Assembly: GCF_044704955.1 (NCBI RefSeq)
Contig: NC_091999.1
Span: forward strand, 20,150,001-20,214,000
Direction of reading: 5' to 3'
Length of the DNA: 64,000 nt
Source: Pristiophorus japonicus
Lineage: Eukaryota
The notes below the pieces were generated by a model. It saw only the letters and a list, made by a program, of their open reading frames with translations. It had not been told where the DNA came from and ran no database searches. Positions 50,000 to 62,995 of the stretch are shown here, in pieces. Positions within the stretch are counted from its first letter, which is position 1, and each line of letters starts with the position of its first letter. The translations under genes and the position numbers were made by a program.

Positions 50000-52080
50000 G
50001 TATAACATAGGATTACATAAGATATATGGCACAGAAGCAGGCATTCTGCCCAACCAGTCCATGCCGGCGTTTATGCTCCAATCGAGCCTCCTCCCGTCTT
50101 TCTTCATCTAAATCTATCAGCATAACCCTCTATTCCCTTCTCCCTCATATGCTTATCTAGCCTCCCCTTAAATGCATCTATGCTATTCTCTTCAACCACT
50201 CCCTGTGGTAGAGACTGCCATATTCTCGCCATGCTTTGAGTAAATAAGTTTCTTCTGAATTTCCTATTGGATTTTTTGGTGACTATCTTATATTGATGGC
50301 TTCGAGTTATGCTCTTCCCCACAAGTTGAAACAATCTCTCTGTATCCACTCTTTTAAAACCTTTCATAATTTTAAAGATCTCTAGTAGGTCACCCCACAG
50401 CCTTCTTTTTTCAAGAGAAAATAAAAGCAGCACGTTCATCCTTTGCTGATATGTATACCCTCGCATTTCTGGTATAATCCTTGTCACACTTCTCTGCACA
50501 TTCTCTAGTGCCTCTATATCTTTTTTATAATGTGACGCCCAGAACTATACGCAAAACTCGAAGTCTGTACTAACTAACGTTCGATACAGGTTCGGCATAA
50601 TTTCCGTAATTTTCAATTCTATCTGTAAAAATAAACCCTAGTGCTTAGTTTGCTTTTTTATGCACTTGCTAACCTGTGGTGGAACTTTTAGTGATTTGTG
50701 TATTTTAATCCGAGATCCCTCTGTTCCTCTAGCACACCTTGATTCGTATCCTCCAAGTAATAAGTGACCTCCCCATTTGTCCTACTAAAACGTAACACTC
50801 ACATTCATCTATGTTGCACTTCATTTGAAAATTATATTCCCATTCTGCAAGTTTATTAATGTCCTCCTGTAATTGTTGCAGTCCTCAGTCTTGAATATCC
50901 CCTCTCCCCAAGTTGGTGTCATTTGCAGATTTAGAAATTGTATTTTTGATTCTAAATCTTTAATATAAATTGTGAACAACAGTGGTCGCAGTACTAATCC
51001 TTGTAGAACACCACTACCCACCTTCTGCCATTGTGAATAGCTACTACTTTTTAACCCTACTCTCTGCTTTCTGTCTTGAAGCCAGCTAGCAATCCATTCT
51101 GTTCTGCTACTTGTCCCCTCACTCCGCATTCTCTGACATTGTTCATCAGTCTATTCTGGGGCACCTTATTGAAGGCCTTTTGTAAATCTAGATAACTTAT
51201 GTCAACTGCATTACCACTGTCTATTATCTCTGCTACTTCTTCAAAATAAATCAATGACATTGGTCAAGCAAGACTTTCCTTTTTACAATTCATGCTGACT
51301 GTTCATTATTATATTTTTAGCTTCTAGATGTTCTTTTATTTTCTCCTTTAGTAGGGATTCCATTAGTTTCCCTACCACGGATATTTGCTGACTGGTCTGT
51401 AATTCCTTTGACGAGACATGTGACACTTCTTAAATATACATATTACGTCAGCTATCCGCCAGTCCTCTGGCACGACACCTGTTTTTAACGAAATATTAAG
51501 CATGTGCAGTAATGCCTCTGCTATCTCTTCCCTATATTCTTTTGAAATACATGGATACAATCCATCCGGACCAGGGATTTCATTCTTTTTGATTTTGATT
51601 AGTTTGGATAATATATCCCCTGTTTTTATTTCAAATGCACTGATCGCATTTCTAATCTCATCGTCGAATATCATGGCCTCTTGTTCTATCTCCCTGGTAT
51701 ATACTGAAGCAAAATGATGATTTAATATCTCTGCCATCTCTTTGTCGTTAGCTGTGGTATTATCCTGTCGAACCCTTAATGGCGTTATTCCCATTCGAAC
51801 ATTTCTTTTTAATTGATGTGCATGTAAAATATTTTACAACTTTGTCTTATGTTCCTAGAAATTTTATTTTCATAATTCCTATTTGCCTTCCTAATTGTTT
51901 TTTTGTTACTTTTATCCAAATCTCTTCACATCCTCTTTTGTCTATGTGCTTCTTTCCATACCCTCAATTATTCTCGTATGGCTTTATTCATCCCTGGAGT
52001 CTCATTCGTGTTTATGTTGTTCTTTAGTTTTAGAAGAATATATTGTTCCTGCACTCTGTTGAACACCGTTTTAAATACTG
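50000..52080 (-). mobile_element. Older CR1-clade LINE, decayed
   Basis: YLDLQKAFNKVP, PGPDGLYP, NYRPVS, SLEKRRLWGDL in minus-strand ORFs. Confidence 0.88.
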
Positions 52081-54019
52081 CATCTCCAGTGTCATCATCA
52101 GAATATCGGGTGAGGGGAGGGCGAGTTCTGGTGTGCTGGCCTTCAGCACTACATCTCTTCTGTCTCCAGTTCATTAAGCTGCTTTTAACATCACGTGGAC
52201 TGAAAAGAATGAGTTCGATGCTGCTCTCTGTGATGGCGGAAATCTCAGGAGGAGTGACTATGCCCATTCCTTCAGCACCTTTAACTGATAGGACTGTCAA
52301 TCACATCGAACTTCATTCCTGATAACCAGTGCAGGTTTCCTCTATTTTTGAGCATGGGATGTTTATGCAGCATCCTGCTGCTGCTAGTTATCTAAGAGTC
52401 CACCACCATTCTCGGCTGGATATGACTGAGCTGCGGTGTTTTGCTCTGATCCGCTTGCTGTGGGAACACATATCTCTGAGATAGCCTGCTGCCTTTGTTC
52501 TTTCGCATGTAGATAGCCCTGTGTGATATCTTCCCAAGGTTTGTATCTCAAACTAATATGTGCCTGATTCTGGTTTCAGCACGTCCCTTCACACTCCACT
52601 GAACTAAGATTGGTCTCATCGCTCGATTTTGAGGAAAGGACATTGGCCTGAATCGTTAACTTCATCTTACAGATACAGCCTTACCTGCTGAGTGGTTCGG
52701 CCATTTTCTGTTTTTATTTTTATTTTCCTGGCACGAGGGCGATCATGGCGTGGGGGATGTGTCAGATCATCAGGTTACAGAAATGGTGATTCAAAACACC
52801 CGGTGCAGGTTCATTTTGGGGTCACTGATCTGATGCCCTGACCCCGGAGGATGCCTATTGTGGGGTTACTGATCTCTCTCTCTGAACCTGGATGTCCCAT
52901 CACACTGCATGATGGGGAGGTCCACACGGTGGAGATGAAATGTTGTTTTCACAAGGATTGTGTGGCCATTATTTCTATTAACTGTACTGTGCCTAGCCGT
53001 GTTTGTGACAAGTAGTTTGGTGAAGACAAGCTCAATAGGTGATTCCCTTGTTATGGTTCCATTGCCAACAACTGAAGCCCAGTCAGGCAGGCCTTTCCTT
53101 CAGGAATCCCTCAGCTCGACCAGTGGTGTAGTCCCGGGTCATAGTTTTGGACTTGCAAATCCGCAACCAGATTGCATTCTGCGATTTTCTTCCCTGAGAG
53201 AAACTTCCAAGTTAATTTCATCAGTTGAGGGGACGGAAGTTAATGATCGGCAGCAGGTTCCTTTCACCTAGTTTCACCTGAAGTCTTGAGACGCTATGGG
53301 CTCCATATCCGATACTGAGAACTATCAGGGGCAGCCCACCCAGCAGTATATAGCTATACGCCATCTGTACACCAAGTGCCGCTATCAGTGTACCGCCAAC
53401 CGTGGAGCATTGGCTCCACGTGCCCCAAATCCTCAAATTAAAACTCCTCATTCTTCTGTTTAAATACCTTCATGGTATTTCCGGTCATTATGTCGCTAAC
53501 TTCATCCAGTCTAACAGGATCCTCGCCCACTGCGTGCTGATCATTCCTGTAACTCTGTTCACCCTCTCCCGCTGCTCCAATGGTCTTCCCGTGTTTCCTA
53601 CCTCTTGTCCACACTCCTCTCCCTTTGCTCCACTAGCGGTGATCATTAATTCAATCGTCAAGATCTCACGTTCTGGAATGTCCTCCCGAAATCATTCTTC
53701 CTCTCCACCTGCCTCTCCTCCTTTAAGCTCAAGTTTTTAGTCACTCTCCCTGTTCTCTCAATCTTTGGCTTGGCATCCAATTCGCATTTTTATGTTTTTA
53801 CCCCTTGTTCGATCCACTCTGTAATGCAAGTTTCTGTGAAATAAATTACCGACTGATTCATTATTTTTTATTGATTATTTGCAGTATTAGTTTATTAAAC
53901 ATATTGTCTCTCCTCCACGCTTGACGTTTTTTTTATTGTCATGATTTATGGTGGCACTGGTGTCCTTTGACTCATCGTGTTCTCCCCACTGCCAAAAGTC
54001 CAGTCCTTTGATTCATTCA

Positions 54020-54400
54020 GTCCTGCCCAACACCAATCCGTCCCATCCATTGGAGCATTCAGTCATATCCCAACATTCACCCGTCCCATCCACTGGTACA
54101 TTCTGACCTGACCATCACGCACCCGTCCCATGCACTGGTCCATTTAGTCATGTTCCAACACCCACCCGTCCCATCCAGGGTCCATTCAGTCATCTTCTAA
54201 CACCAACCCGTCCCATCCACTGGTCCATTCAGTCATGTTCCAACACCCACCCGTTCCATCCAGGGTCCATTCAGTCATGTCCCAGCACCCAACCGTCCCA
54301 TCCACTGGTCCATTCAGTTATGTCCCACCACCAACCCGTCCCATCCACTGGTCCATTCAGTCATGTCCGAACACCTACCCCTCCAATTCACTGGATAATT
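54020..54400. repeat. ~41-43-bp minisatellite, ~9 copies
   Basis: CAGTCATGTTCCAACACCCACCCGTCCCATCCACTGGTCCATT unit. Confidence 0.85.
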
Positions 54401-55068
54401 CAGTCCGAACCATTAGTTCATTGTCCCACTGCTTTCGAGACTGTCCCTGAGGGTGGCGCTACTCACACTCTGGTGCTCCTGGATATTGTCCAGTGTCCTG
54501 CTCGGATTCAATGTTGGTTTCCATGACTTTGTTTAATTAATTGGTGAATGTTCCTATCCTCTAATCGTGTATCTGTCCGCAATTAGGATCCAATGGAAGG
54601 ATTTGCTTATGTAAGTTCCACACTTCAAATCTCATTCATCAGATGTAAACCGCTTTGGAATGCAAGAAATTCGTTGTTTCTTTCAAAAAACGATCAGTGA
54701 TATTCCACCGATTTTTAAAAATGCACCATTTTCCTTGGAATGGATACACAGCCCAGCCCATCGATGCATACCCTAAATGTGAACATGCGCTGTTTCTAAC
54801 AGGGTCATAGGAGTGTGATCAGTACGAGAAACTCTAGGTTATTTTCACTATTCATCCAAGGTCATTGAGGACATTGCAGAATCCAACTGCTAACCCCGTA
54901 TAGGTCGGGAATTGGAGCTGGTTTCCTGCTACACCCGGGCGGTGTTTTACTATAAACCCTCTCTCCAGCAGAAAGGTCTATCAAAGATAAAGTACCCAGA
55001 GTTCTATCAGACAGGTGCTGTTGCTCTCAGTCTTAACTATAATCTCCCTGCTTTATTCTTCCTTAAAG

Positions 55069-56296
55069 TGAATTTGGTGACGATAGTGATCCTGTCTTGA
55101 GGAAGTTGCAGTCTCTCAAACTGTGTCACCCGTTACCTGGTGTCCATGGCAGCCGCGAATGTACTGGTCGTGGTCACTGATCTCATATTCCGGCAAATTC
55201 CTATTCTTTATCGAGCTCAGTTTCAGTTCATGAGGAAGATTAAAGTGTGTAATATCCACGCCGTACTGCTTCACTCAGTCTCAGACTGTTCTCTCTGGTT
55301 CACAGTCACTTTCACCTTTGATCGATTTGTAGCCATTTGTTGCCAAGAGCTGAAAAAAAATATTGCGCTGAGAAAACGGTGAATGTACTTGTGGGAACAG
55401 TAAGTGTGCTGCTCTGTGTGAAGAACACTTTCCACTACTTTATTTATGGAGCTTGTTGTGGGAACATTGAGTGCGCTGTTCTGTGTGAAGAACACTTTCT
55501 GGTATTTATGTATGGAGGTGCTTGTGGGAACAGTGAGTGTCCTACTCTGTGTGAAGAACACTTTCTGGACTTTATGTATGGAGGTGCTTGTTGGAACAGT
55601 GAGTGCGCTGTTCTGTGTAAAGAACACTTTTTGGTATTTATGTATGGAGGTGCTTGTGGGACCAGTGAGTGTCCTACTCTGTGTGAAGAACACTTTCTGG
55701 TATTTATATATGGAGGTGCTTGTGGGAACAGTGGGTGCGCTGCTCCGTGCGAAGAACACCTTATGGTACTTTATGTATGGAGGTGGTTATTGGATTTCTA
55801 ATTCTCCCTGGTTTTGTTTTGTATCATTGGCTGTTGCTGAGTCACCTGCATGGGCAGTAATTGAATTCCTTCATTATATTTTAACCCCATTTATCCCAAT
55901 CATTCTGATTCTGCTGCTCAATGCTATAACTGTCAGACAGGTTTTAGTGTGGAGCAGAGCCCGCACGAGACCCCGGACCCACAGCAGTGGGGAGAGTCCC
56001 AGTGACCCAGAGATGGAGAAGCGGAGGAAATCCATCATTTTAGTCTTTATTATGTCCGGGAATTTTACCCTTCTATGGACAGTGCTTCTGTTGTATTCTG
56101 TGTGTAGCCGATTGTATCGGTTACGTTATATTTTTGTGTATCTGCTTCAATATGTATAGGAACTTGGATTTATGCTTCGGCTCCTATGTTGCTGCACCAA
56201 CACATGTATATATGCAGTGACCCAGACTAAATTCAGAGAGGAGTTGAAGAATGTGGTGAAATATTTGTTGAGTGTAATCGTTAATTCGTTAAATAA
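55069..56296 (+). pseudogene. GPR139-like class A GPCR main exon, pseudogene
   Basis: Acceptor ...cttccttaaAG; VNLVTIVILS*GSCSLSNCVTRYLVSMAAA...SDCSLWFTVTFTFDRFVAICCQ...TPFIP..LLLNAITVR...DPEMEKRRKSI...CCTNTCIYAVTQTKFREELK. Stops at 55098-100 and 56157-59; frameshift at the A-run ~55353-60. Confidence 0.88.
55385..55782 (+). repeat. 66/67-bp intragenic tandem repeat, 6 copies (GPCR TM4 segment)
   Basis: TATGG anchors at 55445, 55511, 55577, 55643, 55709, 55776. Confidence 0.92.
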
Positions 56297-57264
56297 TGAG
56301 ATTTTGCACCATTACAACGTGTTGGGCTTGTGTTCTTCGCAATCCCCTCACCTCTGTGATACATGCACAGTGAGGCCAGTTTTTCTCTTTCACCGCCCGG
56401 ATTCGGAGACTAACGGGAACGATAGAGGTGCGAAGTCTGCAGAGCTCAATCACACTGGATTCCTGATGTTTTTTATCCCCGTTCTGTGCTCTGATAGGGG
56501 CTTGAGCGGGTTTATGAAGCTCCCGCCCACGAGGCTCGAGTTTCACCTGATTACCAAAAACGGGCGGCGCAGAGAAGATCGATCTATCCGTTTACAGTCT
56601 GCGGGCCACTCAGCCCTCAGCACCCGAAGGGAGACCTCTGGGAAAGTCCTCAGACCAACCTGCAGCCAGGGAGGGAGGTTTTAAAAGGCTCAAAGTTCGG
56701 TGGTTTTGGTTATTTAGAAACCCTCCCACTAGTTGTTCCAGCGGCGTTCAAGCTGAGAAGTCGCAAGGCACCGTTATGGGGAAATATCCTTTTTTGGGAT
56801 TCGAAGTTCTCTCGTAGACAGATTATGTCCCAATGAAATTCAACAAATAAAAAGTCCCTTTGAAGACAACAATTTGGGAGAGTGAATCATGAACTATGTC
56901 CAGCTCATCCTGAACAAAGGCAGCTCATGGTGTGCAGACTACAGAGTTAATAATCATTTAACGTCTCTTTATATAAATTTGTCTGAACAATGTGGAGATG
57001 TACAGGGTGTGTGATCCCCGCTCATATTCTACACACTGAACCCAGCTTACCTTTCACTGTATAGAAAAGTTCCGAGTTAAACACTTCCCATAATAAGGAA
57101 CGCTCAGAGAGGTTGGTTTCTAGGTTGGTTGCTAGGCACTGCAGTACTTGTGCTGTCATGCAGCAGTGACACTCCCGTGAAATCACAGACCTGCCCTGCA
57201 GACCACGCCTTGGTTTGTGGTCGACCCAGAATCAGCATTTCAAACAACCCTTCTCCAGCACACA

Positions 57265-59935
57265 CACCGAGTTAGAGAAAGTCCGCAGCACCGCCCTTCT
57301 CCTTCATACAGCACCTAACATAGAGTTACAGGGAGTCTGCAGTGCCGCCCTCCTCCTTCACACAACACCTCACACCGAGTTACAGAGAGTCTGCAGTGCC
57401 GCCCTTCTCCTTCATACAACACCTTAAACAGAGGTACAGAGAGTCTGCAGTGCCGCCCTTCTCCTTCATACAACACCTTACACAGAGTTACAGAGAGTCT
57501 GCAGTGCCGCCCTTCTCCTTCACACATCACCTTACACCGAGTTACAGAGAGTCCGCAGCACCGCCCTTCTCCTTCATACAACACCTAACATAGAGTTACA
57601 GGGAGTCTGCAGTGCCGCCCTCCTCCTTCACACAACACCTCACACCGAGTTACAGATAATCTGCAGTGACGCCCTTCTCCTTCACACAACACCTTACACA
57701 GAGTTACAGAGAGTCTGCAGCACCACCCTTCTCCTTCACACAACACCTTACACAGAGTTACAGAGAGTCTGCAGTGCCGCCCTTCTCCTTCATACAACAC
57801 CTTACACAGAGTTACAGAGTCTGCAGCACCACCCTTCTCCTTCACACAACACCTTACACAGAGTTACAGAGAGTACGCAGCACCGCCCTCCTCCTTCATA
57901 CAACACCTTTCACAGAGTTACAGAGAGTCTGCAGTGCCGCCCTTCTCCTTCATATAACACCTTACACAGAGTTACAGAGAGTCTGCAGTGCCGCCCTTCT
58001 CCTTCAAACAACACCTTACACCGAGTTACAGAGAGTCCGCAGCACCGCCCTTCTCCTTCATACAACACCTTACACAGAGTTACAGAGAGTCTGCAGTGCC
58101 GCCCTCCTCCTTCACACAACACCTCACACCGAGTTACAGAGAATCTGCAGTGCCGCCCTTGTCCTTCATACAACACCTTAAACAGAGTTACGGAGAGTCT
58201 GCAGTGCCGCCCTTCTCCTTCATACAACACCTTAGACAGAAGTTACAGAGAGTCTGCAGTGCCGCCCTTCTCCTTCATACAACACCTTACACCGAGTTAC
58301 AGAGAGTCTGCAGCACCACCCTTCTCCTTCATACATAAACCTTACACCGAGTTACAGAAAATCTGCAGTGCCGCCCTTCTCCTTCATACAACACCTTACA
58401 CAGAGTTACAGAGAGTCTGCAGCATCACCCTTCTCCTTCATACAACACCTTACACCGAGTTACAGAGAGTCTGCAGTGCCACCCTTCTCCTTCATACAAC
58501 ACCTTACACAGAGTTACAGAGAGTCTGCAGCGCCACCCTTCTCCTTCATACAACACCTTACACCGAGTTACAGAGAGTCTGCAGTGCCGCCCTTCTCCTT
58601 CATACAACACCTTACACAGAGTTACAGAGAGTCTGCAGTGCCACCCTTCTCCTTCATACAACACCTTACACCGAGTTACAGAGAGTCTGCAGCACCACCC
58701 TTCTCCTTCACACAACACCTTACACAGAGTTACAGAGAGTCTGCAGTGCCGCCCTTCTCCTTCATACATCACCTTACAGAGAGTTACAGAGAGTCTGCAG
58801 TGCCACCCTTCTCCTTCATACATCATCTTACACAGAATTACAGAGAGTCTGCTACACCGCCCTCCTTCATACAACACCTTACACAGATTTACAGAAAGTC
58901 TGCTACACCGCCCTTCTCCTTCATACAAGACCTTACACAGTATTACAGAGAGTCTGCAGTGCCGCCCTTCTCCTTCATAGAAAACCTTACACAGTATTAC
59001 AGAGAGTCTGCAGTGCCGCCCTTCTCCTTCACACAACACCTTACACAGTATTACAGAGAGTCTGCAGTGCCGCCCTTCTCCTTCATACAACACCTTACAC
59101 AGTATTACAGAGAGTCTGCAGTGCCACCCTTCTCCTTCATACAACACCTTACACAGAGTTACAGAGAGTCTGCAGCACCACCCTGCTCCTTCATACAACA
59201 CCTTACACAGTATTACAGAGAGTCTGCAGCACCACCCTTCTCCTTCATACAACCCCTTACACCGAGTTACAGAGAGTCTGCGGTGCCGCCCTTCTCCTTC
59301 ACACAACATCTTACACCGAATTACAGAGAGTCTGCTATACCGCCCTTCTCCTTCCCACATCAACTTACACCGAGTTACAGAGAATCTGCAGTGCCGCCCT
59401 TCTCCTTCATACATCACCTTACACCGAGTTACAGAGAATCTGCAGTGCCGCCCTTCTCCTTCATACATCACCTTACACAGTATTACAGAGAGTCTGCAGT
59501 GCCGCCCTTCTCCTTCATACAACACCTTACACAGAGTTACAGAGAGTCTGCAGCACCACCCTTCTCCTTCATACAACACCTTACACAGTATTACAGAGAG
59601 TCTGCAGCACCACCCTTCTCCTTCATACAACCCCTTACACCGAGTTACAGAGAGTCTGCGGTGCCGCCCTTCTCCTTCACACAACATCTTACACCGAATT
59701 ACAGAGAGTCTGCTATACCGCCCTTCTCCTTCCCACATCAACTTACACCGAGTTACAGAGAATCTGCAGTGCCGCCCTTCTCCTTCATACATCACCTTAC
59801 ACCGAGTTACAGAGAATCTGCAGTGCCGCCCTTCTCCTTCATACATCACCTTACACAGTATTACAGAGAGTCTGCAGTGCCGCCCTTCTCCTTCAGACAT
59901 CACCTCACACAGAGTTACAGAGAGTCTGCAGCACC
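57265..59935. repeat. 54-bp minisatellite, ~49 copies
   Basis: CTGCAGTGCCGCCCTTCTCCTTCATACAACACCTTACACAGAGTTACAGAGAGT unit; yields 18-aa periodic ORFs in three frames. Confidence 0.97.
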
Positions 59936-60179
59936 GAAGCAAAGCTCTCGGCTGCAGATTAATCCGACGGCATTTCCCTGAGGTTTCATTCCGGGTGCTG
60001 GGCATTAGCGGCGCATTCGCCCATGTAAGTTAAACTGACAGAGCACCCATCTCCGCCCCGTCTGCTTTCGCACCAACACTTCATGCCAGCTTTTAATCTA
60101 TCAGTATATACGATTCTCCATTTTTCCCTCATGTTCGTATGCATCTTCCACTTAAATGCATCTATGCAATTCGCCACAA

Positions 60180-61975
60180 TGAGGGACAAGTGGCAGAATG
60201 GATCGCTAGCTTGGTTCAAGACAGGAAACAGGTAGTAGGTTTAAAGTGTAGCTATTCAGAGTGGCAGTAGGTGGAAAGTGGGGATCACAAGGATCAGTAC
60301 TATGACTGCTGTTGTTCCCAATTAATATTAACGATGTATAATTTGGAATCAAAAACACAATTTCTAAGTTTGAGGATGGAACCCAAAAAGTGGGCGGAGG
60401 TGGGGGATGGGGGGGGGCGCGGCGAACAGTGAATATTGAGAAGGACTGCGACACGTTACAAGAATACATTCATTAACTTGCAAAATGGGCAGATTATTGG
60501 CAAATGAAATTCAACACAAAAGTGCGAGGCATTTTGGTAGGAAAAATAAGGAGGTCTTATATTTCATAAGAACATGAGAAATATGAAGCAGGAGTAGGTC
60601 ATTCGGCCCTTTGAGCTTGCTCTTTTACCTCAACTCTGCCTTCCCGCACGATTCCAATATCCCTTGGCTCCCTTAGTATACAAATATCCATCGATCTCTG
60701 TCTTCAATATTCTGAAAGACTTAGCATTTACAGCCCTCTCGAGAGGAGAATCCCAAGATTCACAATAATTTCATGAAGAAATTTCTCCTTTTTCAATCCT
60801 AAATGGCCGACCCTTAATCTGAGATTGTGTCCCGAGGGGAAACATCATCCCAGCAGCTACCCTGTCAAGCTCTCTAAGAATTTTATACACTTTAATGAAA
60901 TCATCACTGTAGGGAATATAGGCCAAGTCTACTCAATCATTCTTCATAGGATGTTTCCCCATTCCAAAAATCAGTCCAGTGAACTTGCGCTGTCCTCCGT
61001 CTAAGGCAAGTCAATCCTTCCTTAGCTAAGGAGATCACAGCTGTTCATCAAAGGATCGTACTCCAGGTATGGTCTCAATAAGGCCCTATATAATTGCAGT
61101 ATGACTCCTTTACTCTAATACTTTTGTAATAAAGACTAACATACAATTTGCTTTTCTTATTTCCTGCTATACCTAAATGTTAACTATCAGCAATTCATGC
61201 TCTAATTTTGTGTAACAACCTCTTGTATGGTACGATGTCGATTGCTACCTGGTCTCGAGCAGCTTCTTTTCTCCCTCACTCCTTTCTTGAATAGGCTGGT
61301 TATATTTGTTACCTACCAATCCGCGGGGACAGTTCTGGAATCTGGAAATACATGAAGATCAAAACCAATGAATCCACTGTCTCTGTAACCACAACCATTA
61401 AAATGTTAGGATGTATGCAATCAAGTGCAGGGCATTAGTCTTTTTTTAGTTACATTCATTTCTCCAGTACAATTGCTTTACTAATATTAATTCCTTTAAT
61501 TTGCTCATTCTCACTTGACCCTTGGTTCCTCGTTATTTCTGCAATGTTTTTTGATTCATCCATGAAGACAGATACAAAGTATTCGCTTAGTGTATCTGCC
61601 ATTTCCTTATTCCCTATTATAGTTTCTTCTCTCCCTGCCTGTAAGGGACCCACCTTTACTTTCGTTAATCTCTTTATTTTACATAAATATAGAAGCTTCT
61701 GCAATCCGTTTCATGTGTCTTATTAATTTACCCTCGTTCTCTTTTTGCTCTCTTTGACAATGTCTTGGTCATCCTTTGCTCAATTCTAAAAACCTCGCAT
61801 TCATTTGAAAAATAATAAGAAACTAAAGGAATCTAGGAGTACAAATACATAAATCACTCAAAGTAGCACAGCAGGTTAATATGGCTATGAAAATAAAAAA
61901 AGGGCTTGTTTCTAGATGGATATAATTAAAAAAGTGAGAAGATATGCTAAACTCGTATCGAAATTTGATTAGACC
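60180..61975. mobile_element. + strand CR1 fragment (60180-60560, resuming ~61820-61975) interrupted by a minus-strand CR1 (~60565-61800)
   Basis: + segment matches the reverse complement of 50600-51120; CATAAGAACATGAGAAATATGAAGCAGGAGTAGG tail at 60565. Confidence 0.75.
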
Positions 61976-62099
61976 AGGGGTTCACAAACGGAGATCCGAA
62001 GGCCCCTATCTTTTTTCGAGAAGATTTCAAAATGTCCACCATAAATAACCCCCGGGATTTATAAAAATCCGATTTCATAAACGAAGTCGGACGTCTGTT

Positions 62100-62505
62100 C
62101 TCAGTGTCAGCTGTGGCTCAGTGCTAGTGCTCTCGCTTCTGTGTGAGAAGGTCGTGGGTTCAGAATCCCACTTCAGAGACTTGAGCACATGAATCTAGGC
62201 TGAGAGTCCAGTGCAGTGCTGAGGGAGCGCTGCACTTTCGACGGTGCCGTTTTTCAGATGGGATATTAAACCGAGGCCCCATCTGCTCGTTCCTCTGGAC
62301 ATGAAAGGTCCCATGACAATATTTCGACTAAGAGCAAGGGCTTGCGGGGTGGGGTTATCCCTGCTGTCCTGGCCAATATTTATCCATCAATCAACGTAAC
62401 TAAAAATAGATTATCTGGTCATTTTCACATTGCTGTTTGTGGGAGTTTGCTTGCATGCAAACTGGCTGCTGCATTTTGTACATTATAGCAGTGACTACAC
62501 TCCAA
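62100..62505 (+). mobile_element. tRNA-derived DeuSINE (SacSINE1-like)
   Basis: A box TGGCTCAGTG, B-box-like GGGTTCAGAATC; Deu-domain-like ACATTGCTGTTTGTGGGAGTTTGCTTGCATGCAAACTGGCTGCTGCATTT. Confidence 0.8.
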
Positions 62506-62509
62506 AAGA

Positions 62510-62995
62510 AGGGGTGCAACAAATGTTCACGGGATTGATTCCTGGGATGCGAGGGTTGTCCTATGAGAAGAGATTGAGTAGATTGGGCCTATATTCTGTG
62601 GATTTTAGAGAATGAGAGATGATCTCCTTAAAATGTATGAAATTCGTAGAGGAAATTCGCAGAATAGAGCCTTGGATGCTGTTTCCCCTGGCTGATGTGT
62701 CTAGAACTAGAGTTCATAGTCTTTGGATATGCCATTCAGGTTAGAGATGAGGAGAAATTTCCTCATTCACAGGGTTGCGAATCTTTTGAATTCTATACCT
62801 CAGAGAGCTGTGAATACTCAGCCGTGGAGTATATTCAAGACAGAGATAGATAGATTTTTGGGCACTAAGTGAGTTAAATGTTTTGGGGATAGGGCGGGAA
62901 AGTGAAGTCGAGGTCATAAAACCACCATGATCTTATTGAATGCTGGAACAGGCTCGAGGGGCCGTATGACCTACTCCTGCTCCTATTTCTTATTT
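62510..62995 (+). mobile_element. CR1 3' fragment
   Basis: LIPGMRGLSYEKRLSRLGLYS; ends CCTACTCCTGCTCCTATTTCTTAT. Confidence 0.9.

Noticed and set aside
55337-55801. Cys-rich ORF (YGGACGNSEC...) resembling a Kunitz or toxin repeat
   Set aside because: It is the shifted frame of the GPCR TM4 repeat.
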